Positions 34,232-53,282 are shown, counted from the first letter of the stretch. The stretch: DNA of 64,000 nucleotides from the human T2T-CHM13v2.0 reference genome, Homo sapiens (GCF_009914755.1 NC_060947.1), one strand, 5' to 3'. Numbers and translations: made by a program. The notes: generated by a model from the sequence alone, not told the origin.

Positions 34232-35914
34232 TAGAAGGGTGCAGTGATGGCCCCACCTGGAATCATGTCTCTGATAAGAAGCCCGCGGAGCATCTGGGGG
34301 ACCCTCCAGGGAAATGACCGGGAAAGGCTCAGCGTGTGACCCAGCCCCAGCCAGAGCTCCAGCTGGCCCTTAGCAGAAGGCTTAGGTGTGCCCTCTGGAA
34401 TCCTTTATAGTCTCGGCCTGAGGGTGGCATTTCCCAAAGCGTCTGTGTGCCGTGCGCTCTTCCCTTCCGGTGGCCCTAGAACTATGGCTGCCGAGCTTCA
34501 GGGGCTCTCCTGGCGTTCAGACGCTCTAGGAGTTGGTGAGCCCTAGGTACATCCACCCTAGGTGTGCCCCTCTTCTGTTCAGACTCGACCCTTCTCAACC
34601 TTCATCTCTCCATTTTCAAACCGTAACCTCTGGAATTTGTCTTCCTATAAGAACAAAAGCCGGCCCTCCTTGGCTACACTGACCAAGAGTTCAAGAGCTT
34701 TCACGAGTTCGTGGGTTAGTTCAGGGGGGACGTGCTGTGGTCCTGCCCAGAGGCAGCCTCCTTAGCTGGCATATTGGGCCTCAGCAGCAAGCTGCTCACA
34801 CACCTAAATCCCCCCACCTCCTGCAGGTTACAGGCTTCATTAAAGCGCAGCTGTGATGTGACTTGATGGTGGCCAGAAAGGTGTGCAGAGGCCTCCCATT
34901 TCACCAGGCCCAGTCCATCCCTTCCACTGGGCTCTTCCTTGCTTCTCCATCTTAGAGCCACTCAATGGCTCCAGCCCCTTTGGCTCAGCTTTGACTCACA
35001 CAAGCCAAGTCTGCAGAGTTCATTAAGGGTTCATTCTCTCTGGTAACTTTTAAACAGTAAGTAGGACCAGGCCTGCAGTGGATTTCCGGGAACTCGCTGT
35101 AGCACACTGATGCCCAGAGTGTAGTTCTATCCCTGACCCCTGTTTCCTGACTTTCATGAGGATCTTTTTTAGGTTTCTGGAATCCTAAACTATCTTGCCA
35201 AGTACTGTCTTTACTGGATTATTTCCATTCTCCTTTCCAGAACTCCCCCTGGACAGGGGGAGACAGATGTCTGCACTTCTGGACCTCACCAGGCCTCGAA
35301 CTTTGCTTTTACCCTTTCCACATAATTATCCTGTCCTGCCACATTCTGAGAGAATTTTCTGGAACGCAGTTCCATGAAGACAGCAAATTTTGCTCAGGAC
35401 AGAGTCTGGCACACAGTGGGTGCTCAAGCAGCAGCTGCTGAATGGATTCCTCAGCCCTATCTCCCAGCTCTTCAGCCGAGCTGATTCTGCTGTTTGTCCC
35501 GTTTCTTATGTTATTAATTTCAACCATTATATTTTTTATTTTTGAGAGTTTTGATGATAGAGGGAGTTAGAGCTAGTCAAGAGTAGGCCTGAAATATTTA
35601 GAAAATGCCTTTGGTCTGGGTCCTCAAAGCATTGTGGTTACTTCAGGGATGACACAGGACATGATTTGAGACATTCATATGGCCCAGATCTCTTTGGGGT
35701 GAAGCAGCAAAGACAGACCCCTCCTGGTACCGGAAGACGCTTGGCTGGAGAGATGAGGTAGGGGCTAGATTGTCATTACCTAGGCCTCACCTTGCCCCAG
35801 ATCCATGGACTGGAAAAAACATGACAACCACATGCCTTTTCATTAATATTCCTCCGAGCCGCTCACCAGACAGTCTGGGGACAGGTCACCACTGCCCCTT
35901 AGCTGTCACTGTGG

Positions 35915-36295
35915 ATGAGTGTCATGGGGCTGCCGTCACAAACTACCACAAACTCAGTGGCTTCAAACCACAGAAATGGATTCTCTCAGGGTTCTGGAAA
36001 TCTTGAGTCTGAAATCAGGGTGTTGGCAAATGGAAAGGTTCCCTATGGAGGCCGGGAGGGAGAAGCAGCTGCAGGGCTGCCGGCAGTCTTTGGCGTTCCT
36101 TGACTCCAAGGTGTGTCACCCCAGTCTCTGCCTTCATCTTCACGTGGCCTTCTTCCCTCTGTCTGCGTGTCCGTGTCCAAGCGTTCCTTTTCTTATCAGG
36201 ACACCAGTCATTCGATTAGGGCCCACCCTGCTCCAGTGTGACCTCATCTTAACCTGAACACATCTTTTGGGGGACCCACTTCAACCCAGTGTAGT
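35915..36295 (-). mobile_element. MaLR LTR (MLT1-like) in opsin intron 5
   Basis: GGGCTGCCGTCACAAACTACCACAAACTCAGTGGCTT…TCTTATCAGGACACCAGTCATTCGATTAGGGCCCACCCT. Confidence 0.65.
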
Positions 36296-36450
36296 CACCA
36301 TCAACTGCTAAGTCAGATGACATCCCCGCGTGTGAGGGAGAAATAATCCAAGCCTTCCTCCATCCCCCATGGGATTCGGAATGGGTGAAGGGAAGGCTCG
36401 GGCACGTACATTCAGCACAGTGCTCCACCCTTCCCTGCTCTGCTCAATAA

Positions 36451-36579
<129 letters not shown>

Positions 36580-36654
36580 GGTCTGCCTCCTACCCATCCC
36601 GCCCACCGGGGCTTTGGCCACCTCTCCTTTCCCCCTCCTTCTCCATCCCTGTAA

Positions 36655-36660
36655 AATAAA
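36655..36660 (+). terminator. OPN1LW: Polyadenylation signal of OPN1LW
   Basis: AATAAA about 75 nt after the stop codon. Confidence 0.88.
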
Positions 36661-37009
36661 TGTAATTTATCTTTGCCAAAACCAACAAAGTCACAGAGGC
36701 TTTCACTGCAGTGTGGGACCACCTGAGCCTCTGCGTGTGCAGGCACTGGGTCTCGAGAGGGTGCAAGGGGGATAAAGAGGAGAGAGCGCTTCATAGACTT
36801 TAAGTTTTCCCGAGCCTCATGTCTACCGATGGCGTGAAAGGATCCTGGCAAAACAGAAGTGTGAGGCAGGTGGGCGTCTATATCCATTTCACCAGGCTGG
36901 TGGTTACATAATCGGCAAGCAAGAGCTGTGGAGGGGCTTGCTGGATGCCCTCAGCACCCAGGAGGAGGGAGGGAGCTAGCAAGCTAAGGCAGGTGGCCCT
37001 CCTGGCCCC

Positions 37010-37366
37010 TTAAGGTCCATCTGCTGGAGGCCCAGAGTCCTTGGAGTACAGTCTACACCTGGAGGGGACCCATTCCTGCCAGTCTGTGGCAGGGATGGCG
37101 CGCCACCTCTGCCAGGCCAGGACCCCAAGCCCGATCAGCATCAGCATGGTGCAGGTGCACAGGCGTGAGCTGATCAGTGACGAGGGGCAGGCACACAAGG
37201 TGGAGACAAAGACCAAGAGGACGGTTGCCAGTGAGAGGCGCGGACTCAGGAACTTGAACAACATCTGCGGGGGACGGCTTTGGAGGTGCTCCGCTGCCTC
37301 CAGTTGGGTGACTTGCTGTAGCATCTCCAGCTTGGATATTCGGCTCTTGAAGGTCTCCGTGATCTC
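37010..37366 (-). CDS. TEX28: TEX28 copy (TMCC/Tmemb_cc2-family coiled-coil TM protein), last coding exon with two hydrophobic segments; array copies are usually annotated as pseudogenes
   Basis: Acceptor tctcctgcag|GAG; EITETFKSRISKLEMLQQ…LATVLLVFVSTLCAC…LMLIGLGVLAWQRW…GPPADGP* (TAA 37010-37012). Confidence 0.88.
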   Translation of the reverse strand, partial: EITETFKSRISKLEMLQQVTQLEAAEHLQSRPPQMLFKFLSPRLSLATVLLVFVSTLCACPSSLISSRLCTCTMLMLIGLGVLAWQRWRAIPATDWQEWVPSRCRLYSKDSGPPADGP

Positions 37367-37985
37367 CTGCAGGAGACGAAAATGCACGCACCAGAAGTCA
37401 GCACAGAGTTGTGGTCGTTTATTGAGTTCTTAGGGGTGAGCAGAAAGCACTGTGGAGTGGGTATTCGAGGAGGGAAGCAGAGAGCCTAGAGCACATTCAG
37501 GGCAGAGGGGAGGGCGCAGGCTCTCCAGCAACAGGGAAAGCTTCATCTGACCCGGCTGCACTCCCCCATCCACTGTCTCCCGAAGCTGAGGACCTGGTCA
37601 AGACACAGCTACCCAGGGACGGGGGTGGGCGCTATGGGAATGGAAAAGTGAGGAGAGGGAAGCCAGGTCTAAGGAGGGGTTCTGAGAGGGCGCTCCCTAC
37701 ACCTGCAGCCGCAGCAGAAGCAGCTCCACCCCAGATCTCCCGAGTCAGAGGCTCACGGGTGAGCACTGCAGCACCAGAGTGGCAAAAGCAGCTAAGCCAG
37801 ATGGTGGGAAGCGGAGCGTGAGTGTAAAGATCAGATGCTGCTAGCTCTGAAACAAATGTGTGTGGCCATCGAACCCTCAGGAGGGGGCAGCTCGAGGACC
37901 CGTGTCTTGCTTTGGTTTGGGGGTATCAGAATAGATTCGCTCATCCCTCCAGTCTTCTTGCAAGGCTCCCCCAGGAGGTTCTCAC

Positions 37986-38121
37986 CCATATTTCCTTGGC
38001 TCTCTCATAGGATAGATAGGCCATTCTCTCTTCGCTGCAGGCCAGATTGTGTTTGAGGTTGTAAATCTCATTCAGCTGTCCCTGCAGGCGACCATTCACC
38101 TGTTCTTCCATCAATGCTTGC
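37986..38121 (-). CDS. TEX28: TEX28 copy, third coding exon
   Basis: Acceptor ctcccaag|G; (R)QALMEEQVNGRLQGQLNEIYNLKHNLACSEERMAYLSYERAKEIW; donor GG|GTGAG; 136 nt, phase-compatible with both neighbours. Confidence 0.88.
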
Positions 38122-38529
38122 CTTGGGAGCAAAAGAGAAAGTGAGATTCCTTCAGTACCTCATCCAGAGCTCATGCCAACAGCGAGCGGTCCTGACCTAG
38201 ACTAGATTCGGGTTCAGCTTCTGCCTTCCTCCCCGCTCCCCAGGCTCTAGGGAAAGCCTGCCTCCCACTCCAGGTCTGCCTGGGAACACCCCAAACACAC
38301 ACCAGCCACACGCACACCAATATTCATATATATTTTATATGTAGTTACTCTTTTGTAACAGCTTTACAAAAATAGCCACAGACTAGAAGTTGTAGAAATG
38401 ACAGTGTGAACTATCTGTGTGTGCTCTTCAGTTCCGCAAATCCCCCAGGACCAGTGTTGAGCACGAAGTCTAGCCTGCAGTTTAGCCTGCAGTTACTCTA
38501 TAGAAACATGGTGACTATAAGGATTGAAA

Positions 38530-39255
<726 letters not shown>

Positions 39256-41389
39256 AAAAAACCACAAGCAGGCCAGGCGCAGTGGTTCACAGTTGCAATC
39301 CCAGCGCTTTGGGAGGCCAAGGCAAGGGGATTGTTTGAGGCCAGGAGGAATTCAACACCAGCCTGGGCAACACAGTGAGACCCTGTCTCTACAAAAAAAA
39401 TTTTTAATTATCTGGGTGTGGTGGCACGCGCCTGTAGTCTCAGCTACTCTGGAGGCTGAGGCAGGAGGACCTCTTGAGTCCGGGAGTTCGAGGCTGCAGT
39501 GAGCTGCCATCACGCCACTGCACTCCAGCCTGGGCAGCAGAGTGAGACCCTATCTCTAAAAGAAAACAATCACTACCTGTTGTGTATATAATTATATAAG
39601 TAGTAAAAGTATAAAACCATGCATGGAAAAGATAAGCACCCAAATGAGAATGGTGAGGCCAGTATAGCAAGGCCAGAATAGCAAGGAAGGGAGATGGTGC
39701 TGGAAAGGGGTAATGAGGGCTTCAACAGAATATTTTAAAGTTTTATTTCCTAAAAAAATAAGATTTGAAGTGAATATGGCAAATGTTAAGATTTCAGAAA
39801 GCTGGGGCTGTTAATTATGTTATCCTTACATTTTCCCTTTGCTTGAAATACTTCATAATTTAAAAACTTCTATGAAGTTCCCCTTTTGGCACCACAAAGA
39901 ACGGGCCAGAAGGACAGAGGCCAGGGGGCCAGTGAGGGGGCTCTGGCACCACCGCTTACGTAGAAGAGAGAAGGCACCAGAGCGTGATGGAACCCATAGA
40001 CTGGCAGGGCTGCCGCCCCAGGAGGCCCAGGAGGGTGGCGGCAGGCCTCAGGTGCAGGAGGTCTAAACGGTGGTGCTGACAGAGACGGGGAAAACAGTGA
40101 CGACTTCTATTCGGTCCCACTCCAAGGACTTGACCAACACCCACACGGAGAAATCCCCCGGGCACTGAATAAGCTGACAGCTCATTTGTTGAAAGCCAAT
40201 TTGTCAAAAGCTGGTTCCTCGCAGCATTTCAAGGAATATTCCATTTGTCTCTGCCCCAGGTCCCTGTTAAGAAGAGAGTCGGTGGACAACATGGACTAGG
40301 CCACTGCTCACAGAGAGGGGGAGTGGGTCGGCAGGATGGTCACCCCGAAAATAGATTCCTCATTACTGTCTTTCCATTTACATGAATGATCTAGCTGTGA
40401 GAACATTCAAGATTTTAACTGTCCTCAGGAATATGAAGTCAATCTTCATCAATGTATTGGTAAAGATACATGAAGATATTCTTCAGTGCATTCTTGAAGA
40501 GTCTCTTCAGATGTCAGTAAACAATATTTTCATAAGGATATTCTCTCAGTCTCCCCTTCTCTCTGGCCCCCATCTCCTGGCCCTCTGGCAGCCGCGCTCC
40601 CTTCTCTTCCTTGGTCAAGGACCCCCCTCTCTCCACCTCCTACAGTCACAGAAGCAAATGGACAACTCTGGAGAATGCTCTTATGAACACAAAACGATGA
40701 CCAGTCAACCCAGACACCCTCAAGACAGACCGAAGGTGTTAAGACCACCCTCTCCAACACAAAGTGTTCTAAACTTTATTGTTTTTTTCAAAATAGTGTT
40801 GTTGTTTTTTTTTTTTGAGACGGATCTCCTTCTATTTGCCCAGGCTGGAGTGCAGTGGCACGATCTTGGCTTGCTGCAACCTCCGCCTCCCGGGTTCAAG
40901 TGATTTTCCTGCCTCGGCCTCCTGAGTAGCTGGGACTACAGGTATGCGCCATCATGCCGGGCTAATTTTTTGTATTTTTAGTAGAGACAGGGTTTCACCA
41001 TGTTGGCCAGGCTGGTCTCCAACTCCTGACCTCAGGTGACCCGCCTGCCTCGGCCTCCCAAAGTGCTGGGATTACAGGTGTGAGCCATTGGGCCCAGCCA
41101 GAAAGAGTATATTCTTGGTCATTTCTGAGAATTTGCTTTTGGCAAATTGAGCTAGAGCCTAATCATGGCCCACAACTTGGAGGAAAAGTCTGAGACGGAG
41201 AAACAGCTGTAGGAGGGGTCAATAGCCCAGGTGCAATCGGTGCATGTGGCCAGGATGGATGAGCTCACTCTGAGCAAATGTGCCAAAGCAAGGGGCCCTG
41301 GGGAGCTGGGGGAAGAGCCAACAAAACAGAAGCGAAAGCAGGAGGAAATTCGCCAGGACGGCTCACACAGGAACCCAGAGGATGTAGGG

Positions 41390-42213
<824 letters not shown>

Positions 42214-43130
42214 TTAACATTGTGGACTTGTTTTAAAACATTTTTGGTATGGTATTTAGGCTATGTTAACAAAATGATCCATATTTCAGGTTCACACTGA
42301 AATATTTACAGATGAACTGATATAATGTCTGTGCTTTGCTTCAACGCAATAGGGATGAGAGGAACCAGTTCAGAGAGCAGATCAGACCTTAGGTCAGACC
42401 TCCTCAGAGATCCCAAGATGCAGGATGCTGTGACATGGAGGAGAAGTCGGGGAAAAAATGGAAGTTAACACGACCCCAGCCTGCAACAAAGCCCTAAGCA
42501 GATACCTTGAGGAAAGTCAGCCCGAGGCTGGATCCCTGGGGCTGAGAGGTCACAGAGCAACACTGAAGCCTCTAGGAACCATAGCCTGTTATCTCCAAGC
42601 CTCGTCTGAAAGCGAAACATACCAGAACAGTCTTGGGACAGAGGAGCTAGGGTCTGGATGCCCCCAAGGACCTCGTGTCCAGGAGGGAAAGAAAAACATG
42701 GAGACCTGGCATATTCACTTCCGGGCGTTTTCAATATGACAGGAGGCTATAAGAAAATTTCACGACTGCCCACTTGTGGATACAGCCAGAAATACAAAGC
42801 AAGAGTGAAAGTTTTGCCTACTCGGCACCTGAGTAGCTTCTTTTTTATTCAATTTTTATTGAGGTAAATTTCATGTAACATAAAATGAATTATTTTAAGG
42901 TGAACAATTCAGCGGCATTTAGCACATGTGGTGTTGTGCAACCACCATGGCTATTAATAGTTCCAAGACATTGGCCGGCTGCAGTCATGCCTGTAATCCC
43001 AGCACTTTGGGAGGCCGAGGCGGGCGGATCACGAGGTCAGGAGATCGAGACCATCCTGGCCAACATGGTGAAACCCCGTCTCTACTAAAATATGCAAAAA
43101 TTAGCTGGGCGTGGTGGTGCATGCCTGTAA

Positions 43131-43796
<666 letters not shown>

Positions 43797-44490
43797 TAAA
43801 TTCAGTTCCATCAGCATCTACTTGGGGCTTACACACAAGTATTAATTAATTCTCACAACAGTTCCAACAATAGTGGGATCATTTTTACCTCCATGTTACA
43901 GATGTGGAAACTGAGGATTGCAAACTTGAAGCACCTCGTCCAAGGTCATTCAGTAAATACCTTGCAGAGAGGAGGCTGGGCCAGGCCTAAATCCAGAATC
44001 AGCCCTCCTGGCCCTGCCCTGATGTTCCCAAGACACAGCAGATAGAGTTCTGACATACATGGAGGAGGGAGGCAGCCCAGAGGGCGAGCTGGGTCCCTTC
44101 AGGAAGGGAGGAAAAGCAGCATCCAGACTGATCCATGAAACAGGTACTCACAGAACAGCCATCATGTGCCAACATGTCTTTGGGCAGTCACTCAGACACA
44201 GTGGCCGACCTGAATGTGCTGATATTTTGACGAGAACAATACAACACAAATGAATACCTACACAAGGGAGAGCAGTTTAGGCGGTGAGTGCTGCGAGAAA
44301 GGAAAAAGTAGGGGAGTGACAAAGACTGGTCCGGAGTATATAAAGAGCTCTGACAACTCAACAATAAAAAGACAATCCAAGTTGAAAACAAGCCAAAGAC
44401 TTATTGGCTGATAAGCACATGAAAAGGGGTTCAGCATCATTAATCGTCAGAGGCAGGGTCACACACCCACTAGTCTCATGGGCTAGGATA

Positions 44491-45532
<1,042 letters not shown>

Positions 45533-45673
45533 GGCTAGGGTGATGAAATTTTGGAGTCTAATTTCACCAAGTTGTGGCTGAACTTAAGAGGCTGACATTT
45601 AAAAGACTGATCTTGCCAAACGTTGGCAACTGGAACTCTTATACACTCCTAGCGGGACTGTAAAATGGTATAG

Positions 45674-45868
<195 letters not shown>

Positions 45869-46018
45869 TAGTAGAGACAGGGTTTACTCCATGTTGTTCA
45901 GGCTGGTCTCGAACTCCCGACCTCAGGTGATCCGCCTGCCTCAGCCTCCCAAAGTGCTGGGATTACAGGGGTGAGCCACCGCGCCCGGCCTTCCTCTTTC
46001 TTAAAAAGTTAAGCATAC

Positions 46019-46305
46019 TGCTATGGGGTACATGTCCCCCCCAAAACTCGTGTTGAAATTTAATGGCCATGTGATGGTGTTAAGGGGTGGGACTGGTAAG
46101 AGGCGATTAATATTAATATTGTTATCATGAAAGTTTGGCCCCCGCTCGCTCTCTCACGCCCTCTTGCCCTTCTGCCTTCCGCCATAGGATGATGCCGTAC
46201 AAAGGTCCTCACCAGCTGCCAGCGCCTTGACATTGAACTTCCTTTCTTTATAAACCACCCAGCCTGCGGTACTCTGTTACAGCAACAGAAAGTGGGACTA
46301 AGACA
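46019..46305 (+). mobile_element. MST-type MaLR solo LTR inserted in an L1 3' fragment
   Basis: TGCTATGG…CCCCCCAAAACTCGTGTTGAAATTTAAT…CTGTTACAGCAACAGAAAGTGGGACTAAGACA. Confidence 0.7.
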
Positions 46306-46931
46306 CATAACACTTCCCTGTTATCTAGCAATTCCATATATGAAAGCATATGTTCACAGAAAGACTTGTGCGAGAACGTTCATAGCAGCTTTATTCAGTC
46401 GCCCCAACTGGCAGCGGACCAGGGCATAAGCAACCTGCGGCGTCTCCATGCAATGGAAGGCTGCCAAGCAATACGAAGCCATGAGCTACTCACTTCACAC
46501 AGCTTGGGTGGATCTCAAAACAATTCCACGGAGCGAAAGCCGCCAGACACAAAGCACTGCGTGCCGTGCGATTCCACTTACGTGAAGTTCAAAAGGAGAT
46601 GAAGCTAGAGTGACAGAAACCGGAACAGTGGCCAATTATGGGAGACGGGCATTCACTGGAAGAGGGTATGAGGGTACTTTCTGGGGTGGTGGCAAAGCTC
46701 TTTATTGGGATTTTAGCTGCCCAGGTGTAAACCTTTGTCAAAACTCGTTAAACTGTATGCCTAAACTTAAATGCAATTTCACTGCATAAAATTTACCTCA
46801 AAAAGGCCAGGCGCGGTGGCTCACTCCTGTAATCCCAGCACTTTGGGAGGCCGAGGCAGGTGGATCGCCTGAGGACAGGAGTTCGAGACCAGCCTGACCA
46901 ACATGGAGAAACCCCATCTCTACTAAAATTA

Positions 46932-47114
<183 letters not shown>

Positions 47115-47224
47115 TCAAAAAACCCCGCTTCCAAAAGAATAAAAGAAGAGGCCATTTGAACGTGGTAGCCTGGGAAGTCCCTTTGAGGAGAGGACATCAG
47201 AGCAGAGCCTAAAGGACAAGCTGA

Positions 47225-47620
47225 GTGTGGGAGTTTCCTCTGGCTGCCATCACAAAGCGTTACAAACTTTGAGTGGCTTTCCCAGCAGAGATGGCCTCTC
47301 TCCTGGCTGGGGGTCCAGCAGTCCGAGAGGAAGGCCCAGGCTGGGCGGGCTCCTGCCGAGGACCGAGAAGGCGCCTCCACTCGGGGCCTCTGTCCCAGCT
47401 TCTGCTCTGCTGCCCACCTGCGGGCTTCCTTGGCTTCTGCCACGGCAGGTCGGCCTCAGCCTCTGTCTCCACACGGCGCTCTCCCTCTGGGTGTGTCCGT
47501 GTCTCCGTCTCCCCTTTCTGTCAGGACACAGGTCACACTGCATTAGGGCCCACCCCTCTGCAGAATGACCTCATCCAGATCTAACTCATCACGTCCGCAA
47601 CGACCCTGTTTCCAAATAAG
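47225..47620 (-). mobile_element. MaLR LTR (MLT1-like), GC-rich copy
   Basis: TGGCTGCCATCACAAAG…AGGACACAGGTCACACTGCATTAGGGCCCACCC…ATGACCTCATC…ACCCTGTTTCCAAATAAG. Confidence 0.6.
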
Positions 47621-47804
47621 CCGGTTCCTTGTCACCAAGTGGAGCCTTCAATGAGTTGATGCCAAGGCAGGTCTAGGGAACTAGAAATGGGGCAAGAAGC
47701 AATGTCCTCCAGCCAGGTGTGGTGGCTCACACCTGTAACTCCAGCACTTTGGGAGGCCGAGGCGGGTGGATCGCTTCAGGTCAGGAGTTCGAGACCCCTG
47801 GTCA

Positions 47805-48095
<291 letters not shown>

Positions 48096-49227
48096 CTACC
48101 CCAGGCATTGACCACTCGGGCTACAAAGGTGAAGGAGGAGGGTGGGGCTGGGCAGGCTGGGACTGGCTATGGACCCCAGAGAGTAAAGATGGTTTTGCTG
48201 GCACCATACCCCCAACTCCAGGACTTGTCCATGCCCTGTCTACGGGGCCAAGACTGAAACCTGACTGCCTTTCACCATCAAGCAGAAGTCAGCTGCGCAT
48301 CCTGTAAGAGATGGGGAAGGACCCCCAAGACCCTCCCAGAGCCCCCTGGCTCATTAGGAGGCTAGAGGGGGCCTCCTGCAACTCTGCATGCAAGGTGCCC
48401 AGATGAGACCTGGCCAGTCGAGACTTTTACTTGAAGGCTCCCCATGCCTTCCTTGGGTGCCATCTCTTCTACCAATGAACGTTTTCTGAGTTTCTCAAGC
48501 CTTCTTTCCTCCTGACCCACGAAGAAACTGAGGGACCGGGGCCTTCTGGTCCCCCAGGAGACTGGCTTGTGCTGAGGAGGTCGGCCGCTCACTGTGCATC
48601 TTCTCGGAGATCTGAAGCTCCTCCTATTTCCACAAGAAAGAAAGGGAAGCTTGGCAAAGACCCTTCCATCCAGAATCATCAAGTTCGCGACGCCCGTGCT
48701 TCTCCTCAGCACACAGAGAGGAGAGTTACCAGGGGCCTCAAGCAACTCCAGCGGAAGCAGTCACAGTCCTTCCAGGACCCAGGAACGTCCTCTGCAAGGA
48801 CCTACAAACCCAGACCTCATGAAGGAGGAGACCCCAGGGCCAGCCCCAAGCCTCCTGAGTCTAATTGTTGCTGTGATAGAGACCCTGCACTTCGCAGAAT
48901 CAAAAAGAATATATTGTGGGTTTTTTGTTTTTACCACAATCAATTAAAAAATGCATTAAAAAGTAAGAACTGTCCAGGCACAGTGGCTCACATCTGTAAC
49001 CCCAGTACTTGGGGAGGCCGTGGCCAGGTGTTCAAGACCAGCCTGGGCAACATAGCAAGATCCCATCTCTACAAATAATAATAATTTTTAAAAAGTTAGC
49101 CAGGCATGGTGGCACATGCTTTGTACTCCCAGCTACTCGGGAGGCTGAGGCAGGAAGATCGCTTGAGCCCAGGAGTTCAAGGCTGTAGTGAACTATGACT
49201 GCATGCAGCCTGGGCAACAGAGACCCT

Positions 49228-49255
49228 GAAGAAAAAGAAAGAAAGAAAGAGAGAT

Positions 49256-49286
<31 letters not shown>

Positions 49287-49390
49287 AAGAAAGAGAAAGA
49301 GAGAAAGAAAAAGAAAGAAAGAGAGAGAGAGAGATGGAAAGAAAGAGAGAAAAAGAAAAAGAAGAAAGAAAGAAAGAAAGAAAGAAAGAA
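49228..49390. repeat. (GAAA)n/(GA)n polypurine tract derived from an Alu tail
   Basis: Read directly from the sequence. Confidence 0.95.
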
Positions 49391-49434
49391 CTTTTGCCTA
49401 TCCAAAGACTCAGGAAAAATAAAAAAGAAAGCCA

Positions 49435-50160
49435 GCCCTCATAATGAGATACCACTTCACAGTTACATCTGTTGGAAAAAAAAAAAAAGGATAACAACAA
49501 ATGTTGGCAAGGATGTGAGGCAACTGGAAGCCTTCTGCATTGCTGGTGGGAAGATGGAGCTGCGCGGCTGCTGTGGGAAGACTCCTCTAAACGCTACACC
49601 TGGAGTCACCACGGGGTCCAGCAATTCTACTCCTGATTATAGACCCCAAAGAATTGAAAACTGGTGTTCAAACAACTGGCATGTATCTGAGTGTTCAGCG
49701 CAGGGCTTCTCACAATAGCCAAAAGGTGGAAACAACTCAAATCTCCATCCGCTGATGGACAGATAAACAAAATGTGGTCTACCCATGCACTGGAATATTA
49801 GTCAGCCGTCAAGAGAATGAAGTACTGATACGTGCTACAACATTAGTGAACCTTGAAAACAGTGAAAGGAGCTAGACACAAAAGCCCACATATCGTATGG
49901 TCCCATTTATATGAAAAGTCCAGAAGAGGCAAACCCACGGAGACAGAAAGCAGATTAGGGAACGCCTGGAGCCGAGGCTAGGAGTGACCGTGTAGTGAGT
50001 CTGGAGGTCTCCTTCTGGGGTGATGAGAATGTTAGACAACCGGACAGAGGTGATGGTTGAACCACACTGCAGATGTACTTAATGCACTGAATTACATGCT
50101 TCCAAATGGTTAATTTCACATTACGTGAAATTATGTGAATTCTACATCAATTTTTTTAAG
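49435..50160 (+). mobile_element. L1MB-type 3' end
   Basis: ATGAGATACCACTTCACA…AATGTTGGCAAGGATGTGAG…CAATAGCCAAAAGGTGGAAACAAC…GTCCAGAAGAGGCAAACCCACGGAGACAGAAAGCAGATTAG. Confidence 0.75.
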
Positions 50161-50189
50161 TAAGCCCTTGTCATAAATGCGTTTAATAC

Positions 50190-51127
<938 letters not shown>

Positions 51128-52516
51128 GCCCTCCTGAAAGCAAACGGATTTAACTGTGATAAACAGCACAGGACTTGCAGTATGGATTCTCAGTTTGTGA
51201 TGCACCAGAGGGGACGCAACAGTCACAGGGAGCCTGGCTGGTTGAAACACTTCTGTGTCCAGATCATGTAAAAGTTTTGAAGAAGATTTTACGGAAGTAT
51301 ATGTTTTTAAAATGCCATGAACTCCTGTGTCCCCTGCATCTAACTTAGCCACACAGCCAGGGTGTGGTGAAATGCTCTCAGGTCCGCACTTAGCAGCCAC
51401 GTAGCCTGCTTGTGCCTCTGTGAGACTCTGCTTCCCCAACCATAAAGTAGGCGTCTGAGGGCCAAAGAACAAGGCTGCTTAACCTGGTGCCCCAGCTCAG
51501 TTACGAGCCCGTGACAACAGTGAAAAATCATCAGCAGCCCTTTCTCCTCCTGTAGACCTGCTTGGGCCCTGTAGACCTGCTTTTCTGCTCACGATGAACA
51601 TTAGTAAGGGTAGGCTCGCTGCTGCAGCAAACAACCAGACATCCCATGTCACAGTCCAATGGGGGGTACCGGGTCAGAAGTGCAGGCTTCTAGAATTTGC
51701 AGCAAAAGTCTGAGAGGGGGAGAGACAGAGGTATTGCCCTGCTCCCCGGTAGTCACCGCTGTATCAAGAGGGGGCGAAAGACTCGGATTTGACAGGGGTT
51801 AAGAGTTTACCTGAGCACAGCATTCTCATTGGCCCCTGTGGCTTGGAAACATACGGGGAAGTTTGTAACTGCCACCAAGTTCTGCTGTTGCTTAATAGAA
51901 AGCTGACCGGGTAAGTGTGATTTTCACAAAAGGGTCTTTGATGCTCCCAAGATTTTAGATTTGGTTGCCATGTCCTATGAAAATAATCTGCAAGAGACGC
52001 CTGTGACTCTGACTAGTCATCTCATTGACAGTGGTTGCCCTGTAATATTCTTTGATTGTCCTTTAACAGATTCTTAGGCCATGTAAACGCTGGCAAGATT
52101 TCCCTGGGGAAACTAAAGAGGATGATTCCCACACGCCGCTTCCCCTGCATCAGGCACTAAAAGGACTGCGGAGTTCTTCTTTTCATGCAAATGCTGAGAA
52201 TCTTGGCTCACCTAAGGGAATCGCTGCCTCCCTAGCCAGGACGCTGGAGGGACTGGCGTTAATTAGCCACAGACTGCAGCGAGGGGGACAGAATGTGGCA
52301 CCCCCTGAGGGCCCATGGAAACCCAGAGAACGGTCCCAATAGGAATGGAGAGAATCCGTTGAGAGATTGGGTTTGCCTTTTTTTTTTTTTTTTTTTTTTT
52401 CCTCCAATTGGTAGGCCCTAGCCTTATCTTAGAGGGAAAGAAAATCGAGCTAGGGCAGGGTGAGGTGGCTCACACCAGTAATCCCGGCACTCTGGGAGGC
52501 TGAGGCAGGCGGATCA

Positions 52517-52786
<270 letters not shown>

Positions 52787-53282
52787 TCACCAGAAGGCAG
52801 TCATTTTTGAAATAAGTATCTGAGACCCGGCCTGTGCCCCAGCTCAGCTAGGAGCACATGTGAAGAGACCAGAGCTGGCGAGGCGACTCCGGTCCTGACT
52901 CCCACCTTCCCAGCCGACTGGGACCAAAGGACGCCACCTCCCTAACTAGTGCCAGGTGTCTACCGGACTCTTGCCACCCCCATGTTGTCCCCTGCCACCA
53001 CAGGGTCAGGGCCAGCCGCTATGCCGCTGCAACCACCTGGCAGGGGCTGCCAAGCTGGAGCATTTTCGCTAGCAAGGGTCAAGGCAGGTGTGGGACTGCA
53101 GGGAGAGGGCTGGCTCGCCCCACTGCAGGGCCCAGTCGCTAAAAGAAGCATGGACCTGCTCTTCCAACTGGCCCCTCACCCTGGCTCTCCAGGCTCCTGT
53201 CCTGGCTCCCTTTCACCCTCCCATAGGTGGCTCCTGGGAGCGGTTCCTCCTCTGCTTCCAGTCCCCAGAGCCAAGGCCTCAC

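Noticed and set aside
51549-51582. CCTGTAGACCTGCTT direct repeat (and TAGCCTGCAGTT x2 near 38471)
   Set aside because: Two-copy micro-duplications with no array structure; ordinary slippage.
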